From: a virus
Lineage: Duplodnaviria > Caudoviricetes
DNA length: 64,000 nucleotides
IMG/VR virus record: IMGVR_UViG_3300035208_002115
Direction: 5' to 3' (one strand)
This document shows positions 9,340 to 18,847 of this stretch, in pieces; the stretch's first letter is position 1; each line of letters starts with the position of its first letter. Both the position numbers and the translations under genes were made by a program. Under the pieces are notes generated by a model. The model searched no databases, was not told where the DNA came from, and saw only the letters and a list, made by a program, of their open reading frames with translations.

Positions 9340-9870
9340 ATGAATAAAAAATTAACTGTTGTAAACCTATTCTGTGGGCCGGGTGCTGGGAAAACCACAT
9401 CTCGTTCTCAAATATTTTCTTATCTAAAATGGCACAATATTAATTGTGAAGAAGTTGCCGAGTATGCCAAGAAATTAACTTTTCAAAAAAACTTCAAACA
9501 ATTAAAAAATCAAACATATGTTTTCGCAAAACAACACAATAATATATTCATGGTAGAAGATGATGTTGATGTTGTGATTACTGATTCACCACTATTGTTA
9601 TCTATTATTTATGATAAGAGAAATGATGAACTTTTTAAAAAGTATGTTATACAAACTCACAACGAATATAATAACATAAACATTTTTATAAATAGGGTTA
9701 AGCCATATCATAAAGTGGGGAGAAGTCAAAGTGAGGCTGAATCTAAATTAATCGATGAACAAGTTTTATCATTGTTAAATGAACTTAATGAACCATATCA
9801 AATAGTCAATGGTACATACGAAGATATGTTGGAATACTCGAAAGAGCTTGTATTGGAATTAAAAAAATAA
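9340..9870 (+). CDS. NadR/AAA_28-like P-loop ATPase/kinase
   Basis: GPGAGKTT Walker A, EYAK, VITDSPLL, GRSQSE. Confidence 0.8.
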   Translation: MNKKLTVVNLFCGPGAGKTTSRSQIFSYLKWHNINCEEVAEYAKKLTFQKNFKQLKNQTYVFAKQHNNIFMVEDDVDVVITDSPLLLSIIYDKRNDELFKKYVIQTHNEYNNINIFINRVKPYHKVGRSQSEAESKLIDEQVLSLLNELNEPYQIVNGTYEDMLEYSKELVLELKK

Positions 9871-9922
9871 AATGTTTTTTTATATATACATTTATTAAAT
9901 ATCTAAAAAATAATTTATATAA

Positions 9923-10279
9923 ATGAAAAACATTTTTAATTTTAAAAAATTCATTTCTAATAAGTTAAATGAATATAAGAATGCAAGTAAAGTTGAAGTT
10001 TTACCCCTGAAAAGTGTAATAGACCAGTTTAAATCACTTGAAAAAGGTATAAATTCGCTTGGTTATAAAGTCGAATTCTCAGAAAAGGATATTAACCGAG
10101 TAGCTGAAAATCATTCAACTTGTAAATTTATTATTGATGGTAAACAAAAGACTTTTTTAATATTCAAAAATGGAACAGTTTATCTTTCTAAAGAAAATGA
10201 AGATGGATATATTGGAATTTTGATATACTACGATGAATTCTTAAAAGGTCTTAAAAAAATACTTAAAGAAGCGTTATAA
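9923..10279 (+). CDS. Hypothetical protein with CTS-like N-terminus (MKNIFNFKKFISNKLNE)
   Basis: ORF, N-terminal motif, TTTATATATA at 9879-9888. Confidence 0.65.
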   Translation: MKNIFNFKKFISNKLNEYKNASKVEVLPLKSVIDQFKSLEKGINSLGYKVEFSEKDINRVAENHSTCKFIIDGKQKTFLIFKNGTVYLSKENEDGYIGILIYYDEFLKGLKKILKEAL

Positions 10280-10294
10280 AATAAATGGACGGTC

Positions 10295-10783
10295 TTGAAA
10301 AAATACACACTATTAACTCTATTATTATTTTTTGTACACCTAAATGTGGTTGTATCTCAAAGTAATTTAGTGTTTACGGATTCTGTTAAGATAACCAAGA
10401 CTAACACTAATATTCGCTCAAATATAGAACACTGGTATAGTAATGAAAATAATATACACATATCAGTTCTTCGAACTGATGGTAAAAGTTATATAGGGGT
10501 TGCCAGTTTATATTATCCAAATCACTCTAAATACATAGAAGGATATGTCAATTTTAAATTCACTATAACTATAAAAGAAAATTATTTATATATTCGGTAT
10601 TATAATCTTATACACACCTCAGACAATATATCATTTGGTTTATTATTGAAAAATCAACCCAACTTATCTAACAACTGTTATTTACATGCTGATATATGTA
10701 AAGTTTTATGGAATGACCTCATAGAATATTTAACAAATCACTTAATGATAACAACAGCCGATTTGAAATATTATTTTAAGTAA
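10295..10783 (+). CDS. Secreted protein, possibly DUF4468-like
   Basis: TTG start, signal peptide MKKYTLLTLLLFFV...; YNLIH pattern resembles Bacteroidota DUF4468 proteins (tentative). Confidence 0.5.
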   Translation: MKKYTLLTLLLFFVHLNVVVSQSNLVFTDSVKITKTNTNIRSNIEHWYSNENNIHISVLRTDGKSYIGVASLYYPNHSKYIEGYVNFKFTITIKENYLYIRYYNLIHTSDNISFGLLLKNQPNLSNNCYLHADICKVLWNDLIEYLTNHLMITTADLKYYFK

Positions 10784-10796
10784 TTTTTTTTATAAT

Positions 10797-10822
10797 AAAC
10801 AAATCTATATTTTTGTTTTATA
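10797..10822 (+). promoter_or_regulatory. AAAC-N18-TATA putative promoter
   Basis: Heads the run of small genes from 10839. Confidence 0.55.
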
Positions 10823-10838
10823 ATAAAAATAAAGTGAA

Positions 10839-11159
10839 ATGCTTAAAACTAAAAATGACGAATATTATGTGTTGTGTTTCAAAAACGAATATAATGAAAC
10901 TCAATATATTAAATCGTATAATTATAAGAACATTAACAGACCCATTTCAAATCATAAGTTACAATATAAAACTTATGTATATTTGACTAAGAGTTTGGAA
11001 GAAGCAAAAATTTGGAAGAAAAAGAATGGTGCTTTTAGAATGTGTAAAAATGTAATAGCACCAACACTGAATATTCCATTTGAATCTATAAGTATAAGTA
11101 GTGTATCAAAACAAAAGATTCGAAGGGCTAAGATTCTTGAACTTGGATTATTGGATTAA
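10839..11159 (+). CDS. Hypothetical protein with C-terminal tag (IRRAKILELGLLD)
   Basis: ORF and C-terminal motif. Confidence 0.7.
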   Translation: MLKTKNDEYYVLCFKNEYNETQYIKSYNYKNINRPISNHKLQYKTYVYLTKSLEEAKIWKKKNGAFRMCKNVIAPTLNIPFESISISSVSKQKIRRAKILELGLLD

Positions 11160-11170
11160 ATATTAGAAAT

Positions 11171-11458
11171 ATGGCAGAGCGTAGAGGAAGTATAAGAACC
11201 GTAAAAGGCATCGAATTAGAAAATAAACACCAGCTTACTTATGAAAAATGGTGGCTTGGAAAACACATAGAAACTAATTTATTTAAAGATTATCCTATTA
11301 GTGAGGACATGATTAACGGAATAGTTGAAAATGTTAAATATGTCGGTAACTCGGTGTCTGGGGTTGTAGAATTAACGTTAGATAATGGTTTTGTTTATTT
11401 AGTTGGTTCACGAACTTCATACAGACCAACAAAGGCCGATGTTAAAATATTAAATTAA
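11171..11458 (+). CDS. Hypothetical protein
   Basis: 95-aa ORF in tight gene run. Confidence 0.65.
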   Translation: MAERRGSIRTVKGIELENKHQLTYEKWWLGKHIETNLFKDYPISEDMINGIVENVKYVGNSVSGVVELTLDNGFVYLVGSRTSYRPTKADVKILN

Positions 11459-11476
11459 TTACCTAATTTTTATATA

Positions 11477-11710
11477 ATGGATAACCAGCTATCTTTAAAT
11501 GAAGACGAAATGAGAGCCATAGTCTCGGTGATGAGGGGTATGAGACATTTTTCTAAACATGATACTGTTGAATCTCTATTGGATTATATTGTTAAAGAAG
11601 AAATAGCAAACAGAACCAATGGGAAAATCAAATGGGAAACCCCCATGTTAAATTTGTTTAAATCTATCGAGGAAAAATTCAAAAAGCGTCTTTCAGAACA
11701 TGGTTTATAA
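11477..11710 (+). CDS. Hypothetical protein
   Basis: 77-aa ORF in tight gene run. Confidence 0.6.
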   Translation: MDNQLSLNEDEMRAIVSVMRGMRHFSKHDTVESLLDYIVKEEIANRTNGKIKWETPMLNLFKSIEEKFKKRLSEHGL

Positions 11711-12062
11711 TTTAATAATAGATGACTCCAGAACCATACAAATGGTTTATAACGTAACTGGTAATTCAATTTACATTAATTTGAAATGGATTATAGTCAA
11801 ATCTTTTGATGAATTTGTAAAAACTATAATAGATAAAGGAATACCAGAAAATATCAGTTTCGACCACGATTTAGGTGATTTTATTTTAGAAGATGGTGAA
11901 TTGAAAGAACGTACTGGGTATGACTGTATTAAATGGTTAGTTGACTATTGTCAAGATAATAATCTGAAATTACCAAATTGTTTAGTTCACACTTCTAATA
12001 CGGTTGGGTCGGAAAACATTAAAAGGTATATTGGAAATAGTAAAAAACATCTGGGTATATAA
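11700..12062 (+). CDS. Cyclic-phosphate-processing receiver-domain protein
   Basis: IIDD.R, ISFDHDLG, TGYDC, VHTSNTVG motifs. Confidence 0.8.
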   Translation: MVYNLIIDDSRTIQMVYNVTGNSIYINLKWIIVKSFDEFVKTIIDKGIPENISFDHDLGDFILEDGELKERTGYDCIKWLVDYCQDNNLKLPNCLVHTSNTVGSENIKRYIGNSKKHLGI

Positions 12063-12443
12063 ATGGACGAAATTGATAAACTAAAAGAATTACGGCTCAT
12101 ACAGTATTTAGATTCATTAACCATTACATTTATTGAAGAAAGTAACGAATCTTACTTTGATAAAAAAACAATATCTACTATCAAAGATACCATATTTCAA
12201 TTGATATCAACTATTAATACATCACCTTATTTATTTTTTAAACAGTGGTCACCTTTTGGATTTGTAATTCATTATACTGTTTATTATAAATCAAAAAAGA
12301 TATTTGATATTACTGAAAAATACTTACCTAAAAATTACAATAGGGATAAAATGAATCTATTGATAATGGGGGAAATAAATTCGTCAAAACATTATCATTT
12401 TATTAATGAAAAACCTCAAAAACTGTCTGATATAGACTACTAA
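12063..12443 (+). CDS. Hypothetical protein
   Basis: 126-aa ORF abutting upstream stop. Confidence 0.6.
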   Translation: MDEIDKLKELRLIQYLDSLTITFIEESNESYFDKKTISTIKDTIFQLISTINTSPYLFFKQWSPFGFVIHYTVYYKSKKIFDITEKYLPKNYNRDKMNLLIMGEINSSKHYHFINEKPQKLSDIDY

Positions 12444-12510
12444 AATATTTCTTCTGTAATTTTTTTCTTTATTATTTTGTGATTATATTTGTTGTGTAAA
12501 ATTATACAAT

Positions 12511-12834
12511 ATGTTTGAACTTGATTTAACACAACCGATAGAAATATCTCACTCAGCCTCGACTGACCCATTCGATAAACACGAAGGTGAAAGAAGAACT
12601 GAATTGAAAAAATATAAACGGGTTTTACACTATCGTGGGTTTGAATATAAAGAAAATATAAATGTACCAGTTGGTGGTGATGGTCTTTGGGAAATACCTG
12701 AATTACCATGTTTTGGTATTGGTGCTAACACTAAAGGTAAATTAGTTGTTTCTCAGACACAGGCAAAAGAAGCTATTGATAATTATTACAACAACTGTGC
12801 GTTGAATGGAAATAACCCAAAAAACAAAAACTAA
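12511..12834 (+). CDS. Hypothetical protein
   Basis: 107-aa ORF. Confidence 0.65.
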   Translation: MFELDLTQPIEISHSASTDPFDKHEGERRTELKKYKRVLHYRGFEYKENINVPVGGDGLWEIPELPCFGIGANTKGKLVVSQTQAKEAIDNYYNNCALNGNNPKNKN

Positions 12835-12844
12835 AACAAAAATT

Positions 12845-13291
12845 ATGAATACAGATATCGATAATATTTTTTCACATTCTATTTTTATTTCAAAACTTAA
12901 AGATTTGGGGTTTGATATTGAAGTGAAAAGTAATAAAGATGGAGATTATACTTATGACCTTTTTGTGAATGGTATTAGAATTTCAACTACTGATTATCGA
13001 ATATTTGGTTATTACTGCGGTGGTGCTTATGCTTCATGTGCAAGAACAGATAAAGAAGAATATTCAATAGAAGACATTGAAATTGCGATAACGAAATGTT
13101 CCGAAGTATTAATGAGTGAAATTATTTCGATAAGTAAAGTTCCATCTTACTTTGATTGTAGAGATTTTCTAAATTTAAAATTTGGAAAATCAAAAGTGGA
13201 GAAAGATGCTATTAAAAGAGTCTTATCCCTTTTAAAAGAAAATTATCAAGATTTAATTAAATCGGTAGTTGGTTTTCAACGTTACCGATAA
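12845..13291 (+). CDS. Hypothetical protein
   Basis: ORF track 12806-13291; in-frame ATG at 12845 avoids overlap. Confidence 0.6.
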   Translation: MNTDIDNIFSHSIFISKLKDLGFDIEVKSNKDGDYTYDLFVNGIRISTTDYRIFGYYCGGAYASCARTDKEEYSIEDIEIAITKCSEVLMSEIISISKVPSYFDCRDFLNLKFGKSKVEKDAIKRVLSLLKENYQDLIKSVVGFQRYR

Positions 13292-13318
13292 TATGAATAT
13301 AATTTTAAATAAAAACAT

Positions 13319-13522
13319 ATGATAGAATATTTGTACACAGAAGGTAAAATTGGTGATAGGAATACACCAATACCTGTAAGATTAAATGGTCAAAGAGTTG
13401 GAACAATTAAACCAGTAGAAGGTGGGTGGCAGTATTTTCCTCTTAACCACAAACAAGGTGGTGAAATTTTTGATACTATTGATAAAGTTCAAAAATCTCT
13501 CGAATTTTGTGAAGAAGAATAA
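13319..13522 (+). CDS. Hypothetical protein
   Basis: 67-aa ORF in tight gene run. Confidence 0.6.
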   Translation: MIEYLYTEGKIGDRNTPIPVRLNGQRVGTIKPVEGGWQYFPLNHKQGGEIFDTIDKVQKSLEFCEEE

Positions 13523-13537
13523 AGAATAAATTATAAC

Positions 13538-13792
13538 ATGAAAACAATAAAATTCACAGTAGCATATTATCATGGCATCGGAGAAAACCCAATGGTTATC
13601 CTTTTGGATAGGGAAGTTGGTTATATGAAAAGACAATATAACACCATCGAAGAACTAAAGGCCGACATCACCGAAGATGCTATTATTTATTTTGTTGCCG
13701 ATAAATATGACAATCGATTTAGTGATTTGGATAACTGGCATGGTGGTAATTTTGATTTTGATAAATTATCCGAAGTAGTATTTAAAAACTAA
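13538..13792 (+). CDS. Hypothetical protein
   Basis: 84-aa ORF in tight gene run. Confidence 0.6.
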   Translation: MKTIKFTVAYYHGIGENPMVILLDREVGYMKRQYNTIEELKADITEDAIIYFVADKYDNRFSDLDNWHGGNFDFDKLSEVVFKN

Positions 13793-13796
13793 TAAT

Positions 13797-13982
13797 ATGT
13801 CAAAAATTAAAAAAGTTGATGAAGAATTCATCCCAATGTGGAAAAAAGAACTTGAAAAAGTTAAACGTTGTCCACAACGTCAGGATTCTATGACCGACCA
13901 GTTAAAAGATTTGTGGCAGATTGCTAATAAATTTGGTTTTTATGATGCAGCCGACCATATCAGAACCATTTGTAATTTTTAA
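13797..13982 (+). CDS. Hypothetical protein
   Basis: 61-aa ORF (QLKDLWQIANKFGFYDAAD). Confidence 0.6.
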   Translation: MSKIKKVDEEFIPMWKKELEKVKRCPQRQDSMTDQLKDLWQIANKFGFYDAADHIRTICNF

Positions 13983-13986
13983 TTAT

Positions 13987-14316
13987 ATGAAAGATATATT
14001 TAACAAAGAAATGGAAATTGGACATATAGTTGCAGTTAGATATGTCTGGAATAGTTATGTTGGTGTGCTTAGAACAAATGGCTTATCTATGCGAGAATTA
14101 GCACAAAAACACTGGGCAATGGCAGATTGTCACCCAATTGAATCAAAGAATACACATCAGATTTTAGGACATATTGATGTAAATCATTCAGATTTTAATA
14201 AAGATGTAAATGAGTGGGCATATTCAGAAGATGAAAATGTCAAATGTCCTGTTGATATCCATATTTACAAAACAAAAGAAGAAATCAGAAAACTTAAAAT
14301 AGAATCTCTATGGTAA
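13987..14316 (+). CDS. Hypothetical protein with C-terminal tag (EEIRKLKIESLW)
   Basis: In-frame ATG at 13987 (MKDIFNKE...) within ORF 13921-14316. Confidence 0.7.
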   Translation: MKDIFNKEMEIGHIVAVRYVWNSYVGVLRTNGLSMRELAQKHWAMADCHPIESKNTHQILGHIDVNHSDFNKDVNEWAYSEDENVKCPVDIHIYKTKEEIRKLKIESLW

Positions 14317-14531
14317 AGCCGAAAATAAAACTCAAATGGAGTAAGAAAGAAAATGATTGGATTTTTGATTACCCAGATAATAAAGGTAAATCTTTAATGG
14401 GAGTTTTCTTCGATATGATGAAAACATCTGGAAATAGAACCGACTGGGAAGATGACTTAAAAACCATGCTGACTAATGCTGGATATGACTATACAACATT
14501 AAAAATAACAGTGTCTAAAAAAGAAAAATAA
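14310..14531 (+). CDS. Hypothetical protein
   Basis: 73-aa ORF coupled to neighbours. Confidence 0.6.
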   Translation: MVKPKIKLKWSKKENDWIFDYPDNKGKSLMGVFFDMMKTSGNRTDWEDDLKTMLTNAGYDYTTLKITVSKKEK

Positions 14532-14532
14532 T

Positions 14533-15687
14533 ATGACAATTCAAGAACTTAAAGATAATAACCTCATTATATTTGAAGCCCTCACAGGCTCTCATGCTTA
14601 TGGTTTAAATGAAGCTAATTCGGATATTGATTATAAAGGAGTGTTTGTACTTCCTTTAGACGATTTGTTATCAGATGATTATATTACTGAGGTATCTGAT
14701 GAAAAAAACGATATAACTTATTTTGAAATTGGTAGGTTTATTGAACTTCTCAATAAATCAAATCCAACAGCAATCGAATTATTATTTTCACCCGTAGAAA
14801 ATATTCGTATTAAACATGAATGTTTTGATTTTTTATTGGAAAATAAAGAAAAATATATTTCCAAAAAACTAAAAGAAACTTTTGGTAAATATGCCGAACA
14901 GCAAATAAAAAAAGCCAGAGGTTTAAATAAAAAAATTGTTAAACCAGTTGCCAAGGAAAAAAAGAGTCCATTGGATTTTTGTTTTGTTATTGATGGTTAT
15001 AAAACATATTCATTAAAACGTTTTTTAAGCAAGAATGGACTTAATCAAAAGTTTTGCGGTATAGTCAATGTCCCGAATGCAAGAGACGTTTTTTCGCTAT
15101 TCTATGATGAATTTTCCCATGCTTGTTTTGATGAGAGGATACCCGAAGAAAATAGGTTAGATGCTCAATCAAAATTTAAAAATTCTTTTAAAGCATACAA
15201 GGGTATTGTTAAAGAAAGTGAAAGTGGTGAATTGCTTTCAAATGAATTAAGGTACAGTTCTGTAAGAGAGACAGAGACCCCCAGATGTATATTTTCTTAT
15301 AATAAAGATGGTTATACCTCTTATTGCAAAGATTATTCCGAATATTGGTCATGGGTTGCAAAAAGGAATCCTGTTCGTTATGATACTAATATGAAGCATG
15401 GTAAGAACTATGACTCGAAAAATCTTTTACATCTAACAAGATTATTAACAATGTGTCTTGAAATTGGACAAGGAAAGGGGGTAATTGTTAAACGACCAGA
15501 CAGAGATTTATTATTAGATATAAAGCATGGTAACAGGGAATATGATGATATCATAAAAGATTCTGATGATAAAACCATAGAGATTGAGAAAGTGTATAAA
15601 GAATCTAATTTGAAAAATGATGTTGATGAAAAAAGTTCTAAAAATATCTTGAAACAAATACGCAAACAGTTTTATAATATAAAATAA
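14533..15687 (+). CDS. RlaP/YcgL-like (RNA-repair pol-beta superfamily) nucleotidyltransferase
   Basis: GSHAYG...SDIDYKG, NPTAIELL, YDSKNLLHLTRLL. Confidence 0.85.
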   Translation: MTIQELKDNNLIIFEALTGSHAYGLNEANSDIDYKGVFVLPLDDLLSDDYITEVSDEKNDITYFEIGRFIELLNKSNPTAIELLFSPVENIRIKHECFDFLLENKEKYISKKLKETFGKYAEQQIKKARGLNKKIVKPVAKEKKSPLDFCFVIDGYKTYSLKRFLSKNGLNQKFCGIVNVPNARDVFSLFYDEFSHACFDERIPEENRLDAQSKFKNSFKAYKGIVKESESGELLSNELRYSSVRETETPRCIFSYNKDGYTSYCKDYSEYWSWVAKRNPVRYDTNMKHGKNYDSKNLLHLTRLLTMCLEIGQGKGVIVKRPDRDLLLDIKHGNREYDDIIKDSDDKTIEIEKVYKESNLKNDVDEKSSKNILKQIRKQFYNIK

Positions 15688-15693
15688 TTTAAT

Positions 15694-15927
15694 ATGAATT
15701 CAATTCAATCAGTATCAGTTCAAACACCAAAAGGTGTTTTTTATAAAGTTGGGTTAATATGCCCAAATAAAGACATACCAGTTTCACGCATTGAACAACG
15801 ACAAGTTGAAAGTCAGACTGGAGATGTTTACACCGCTTATGATATCTATGACTTTGAGGACGAAGTTATGGTTACTATTGAAAACTGTCCAGTTATTGTT
15901 ACATTTGAAACAATAACAACTTTCTGA
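15694..15927 (+). CDS. Hypothetical protein
   Basis: 77-aa ORF. Confidence 0.6.
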   Translation: MNSIQSVSVQTPKGVFYKVGLICPNKDIPVSRIEQRQVESQTGDVYTAYDIYDFEDEVMVTIENCPVIVTFETITTF

Positions 15928-16014
15928 CATGTTAAAAATATTAAAAAACAAAACTAATAAATTTTCGAAGAAGTCAAAAAGTGGATAAAAAAATATAGGA
16001 AAAAATATTCTAAC

Positions 16015-16046
16015 AAAAAACCCAGCTAAATGCTGGGTCTTTTTTT
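16015..16046. terminator. Bidirectional intrinsic terminator
   Basis: A-run + CCCAGC-taaat-GCTGGG + T-run between convergent genes. Confidence 0.75.
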
Positions 16047-16524
16047 ATCTCATTCTTATCTTTTTTAAATCGGTTTCGTCTTTTATCACATAACAATTTA
16101 TGGTTTTAATACCTAATTTTTTAGCTTTGTATATTCTTTTCCATCCGTCAATTAACATATGAAAATCACCATCCATTACAAAAATAACAGGGTCTTTTAA
16201 TTCTTCTTCAGTTATATTATTTGCTATTTTTCTATCAACGGATATCCCGATTTTTGTTTTATAGCTTTTACCATCTTCTCTTTCATCATTCTGAACTTGA
16301 ACACCATTTTCATCAAATGTTCTTGATACTAATTCATAAAAATCATCCACAGGTAGTTCATAATATGAACCATCTTCCTGAAGATATTTCTCAGGATTAT
16401 TTCTAATTAAATCCCAAGCCATTTCAACATCATATCCTTTTGTTAAAAAATGAAAATATTCACCTTTTGTTGTTTCTGCTGGTTTATATCTTTCAAAAAT
16501 TTCATATTTTTTTAAATATATCAT
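16045..16524 (-). CDS. ParB/Srx-like domain protein with CTS-like N-terminus (MIYLKKYEIFE)
   Basis: PVIF...LIDGWKRIYKA...I.CY pattern. Confidence 0.6.
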   Translation of the reverse strand: MIYLKKYEIFERYKPAETTKGEYFHFLTKGYDVEMAWDLIRNNPEKYLQEDGSYYELPVDDFYELVSRTFDENGVQVQNDEREDGKSYKTKIGISVDRKIANNITEEELKDPVIFVMDGDFHMLIDGWKRIYKAKKLGIKTINCYVIKDETDLKKIRMR

Positions 16525-16540
16525 GATTTAATTTTTTTGA

Positions 16541-16560
16541 TTTTTAATATATATTAAAAA
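16541..16560. promoter_or_regulatory. Perfect palindrome TTTTTAATATATATTAAAAA giving TTAATATATA on both strands; putative bidirectional promoter
   Basis: Lies between divergent starts 16524(-) and 16574(+). Confidence 0.55.
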
Positions 16561-16573
16561 GAAAAAATATAAA

Positions 16574-18841
16574 ATGCCCAACCTCAATGCCGAAATTTTA
16601 TTGAAAGCTGTTGAATTTTCACCTGCAAGTATAATTATTACAGATAAAGAAGGCTTGGTAGAATTTGTGAATAATAAATTTACAGAAGTTTCAGGATATT
16701 CAAGAAAGGAAGTTTTAGGAAAAAATCCAAACATATTAAAATCTGGTGTTCAATCTGATGATTTCTATAAAGAATTATGGGAAACCATATCCAGTGGAAA
16801 AGAGTGGAGAGGTGAGTTTCACAATAAAAGAAAAAATGGTACTCTTTATTGGGAGTCTGCTTCTATATCATCATTTAAAGATGACGAGGGTAACATATTA
16901 AAATACGTAGCTGTTAAAGAAGATATAACCAATAAAAAAGAGCTTGAAAAAGTGTTGAAGATGAAAGAATTTTCAATAGAAAACACTAAAGAGGGTATGA
17001 TGTGGTTGGATTTAAAGGGTGAAGTTACTTATTGTAATAAATCTTACCATGAGATGTTAGGTTATGATGAGAATGAAATAAATAAAAAATTAGATTGGTA
17101 TGACTTAGTACCAAAAGAATATAAAAGTTTGTGGAAAGAATATTTTAATATTTTAAAAAAGAAAAAAAATATTACACTGGAACATTTTCATCTCACTAAA
17201 AATAGTGAAACATTTCCAATGGAAGCTTCTTTGAATTATTTCAAAATTGATGATGAAGAATATATTTTTATTTTTACACGAGATACAACCATTCGTAGAG
17301 AAATGGAAAATATAATAAAAATGAGTGAAGATAAATTCACTAAAATATTTATGTTCATACCTGATTCAGTTCTGGTAACCGACTTAGAAACATCAGAATA
17401 TTTAGAGGTTAATATAGCATTTGAAAAATCATCTGGTTGGAATAGGTCTGAATGTATCGGTAAAACCATATACGAATTAAATATATGGAAGTATCCAGAA
17501 AAAAGGGTGGAAATGATAGAATTATTAAAACAAAATGATGGTGAATATTATAATTATGAAGTGGAATTCATATTAAAGAATGGGGAAGAAAGAACTGGTT
17601 TAATGGCTGGAAAAATTATAAATTACGATGGAAAAAATAGGTTATTAACTATAATACGAGACATATCAGAAAGAAAATTATATGAACTGGAGTTAGAAAA
17701 AGCTAAAGAAAAAGCCGAAAAATCTGATAGATTAAAATCATCTTTTTTGGCTAACTTATCACATGAAATACGAACACCTATGAATGCCATCATTGGGTTT
17801 TCCGATTTATTAAAAGATAATAATCTTCCTTTGAATGAAAAAACGGAATATGTTAAAATAATAAATGAAAGTGGAGATGAATTATTAAAATTAATTGATG
17901 ATATAATTGATATAGCCAGAATAGAATCAGGTGAATTAAATATAGAAGAAATGAAATATCATGTTGAAAATATCATGATGGATTTATATAATACTTATAA
18001 AAATAAAATTAAATTTTATAATAAGAATTTAAATCTTGTTTGTGAATCGTGTCCATCATCACACATGACATTGGCTTATATTGACCCATACCGTGTTAAA
18101 CAAGTTCTTTCAAATCTTCTAAGTAATGCTATTAAGTTCACTGAAGACGGTATTGTTGAATTTGGTTTTGTAATTAAAAATAATTTTATTGAATTTTTTG
18201 TTAAAGATTCTGGTATTGGTATCCATGAAAAATATAAGAATTTAATATTTGAAAGATTTCGTCAGATAGATGAAAGTAAGACAAGAAAATATGGTGGTAC
18301 TGGACTTGGTTTAAATATTTGTTTAAATCTTGTTAAAATGATGGGTGGTGATATATGGTTAGAATCTAAACCAAAAGAAGGTAGTATATTTTATTTTAAT
18401 GTACCATATAAACCAGCCATTGAATATAAAAATATGGTAACTTCTACATTTAACAAAGATAATTATGATTGGACTGGTAAAAAAATATTAATTGCAGAAG
18501 ATATTCCTACAAATTTTGAGTATCTAAATGAAGTTCTTAAATGTACTGGGTGTGAAATAATTCATGCTGAGAACGGTAAATTAGCTATTGAATATTATAC
18601 CAAATATAAACCAGATATAGTGTTAATGGATATACAAATGCACATTATGAATGGTATTGAAGCTAAAGAAAAAATAAGATTGTTATATCCCGATTCTATT
18701 ATTATAGCTCAGACTGCATATGCAATGAAAAATGATAAAAAAGATTGTTTAAATATGGGGTTTAATGATTATATATCTAAACCGATTAATAAAGTAGAAC
18801 TGTTTAATATAATTAATAAGCATCTGAAAATTAATATATAA
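16574..18841 (+). CDS. Cytoplasmic hybrid sensor histidine kinase (3xPAS-HisKA-HATPase_c-REC)
   Basis: PAS repeats; FLANLSHEIRTPMN H-box; NLLSNAIKFT, DSGIGI, GGTGLGL; REC with AEDI, LMDIQM, KP; no TM segment. Confidence 0.93.
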   Translation: MPNLNAEILLKAVEFSPASIIITDKEGLVEFVNNKFTEVSGYSRKEVLGKNPNILKSGVQSDDFYKELWETISSGKEWRGEFHNKRKNGTLYWESASISSFKDDEGNILKYVAVKEDITNKKELEKVLKMKEFSIENTKEGMMWLDLKGEVTYCNKSYHEMLGYDENEINKKLDWYDLVPKEYKSLWKEYFNILKKKKNITLEHFHLTKNSETFPMEASLNYFKIDDEEYIFIFTRDTTIRREMENIIKMSEDKFTKIFMFIPDSVLVTDLETSEYLEVNIAFEKSSGWNRSECIGKTIYELNIWKYPEKRVEMIELLKQNDGEYYNYEVEFILKNGEERTGLMAGKIINYDGKNRLLTIIRDISERKLYELELEKAKEKAEKSDRLKSSFLANLSHEIRTPMNAIIGFSDLLKDNNLPLNEKTEYVKIINESGDELLKLIDDIIDIARIESGELNIEEMKYHVENIMMDLYNTYKNKIKFYNKNLNLVCESCPSSHMTLAYIDPYRVKQVLSNLLSNAIKFTEDGIVEFGFVIKNNFIEFFVKDSGIGIHEKYKNLIFERFRQIDESKTRKYGGTGLGLNICLNLVKMMGGDIWLESKPKEGSIFYFNVPYKPAIEYKNMVTSTFNKDNYDWTGKKILIAEDIPTNFEYLNEVLKCTGCEIIHAENGKLAIEYYTKYKPDIVLMDIQMHIMNGIEAKEKIRLLYPDSIIIAQTAYAMKNDKKDCLNMGFNDYISKPINKVELFNIINKHLKINI

Positions 18842-18847
18842 ATTATT

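Noticed and set aside
1119-17469. Short nested or antisense ORFs in the track (e.g. 1119-1328, 5221-5514, 7564-7806, 7877-8095, 12440-12709, 14718-14954, 16528-16734, 17236-17469)
   Set aside because: They overlap better-supported genes and have no recognisable motifs
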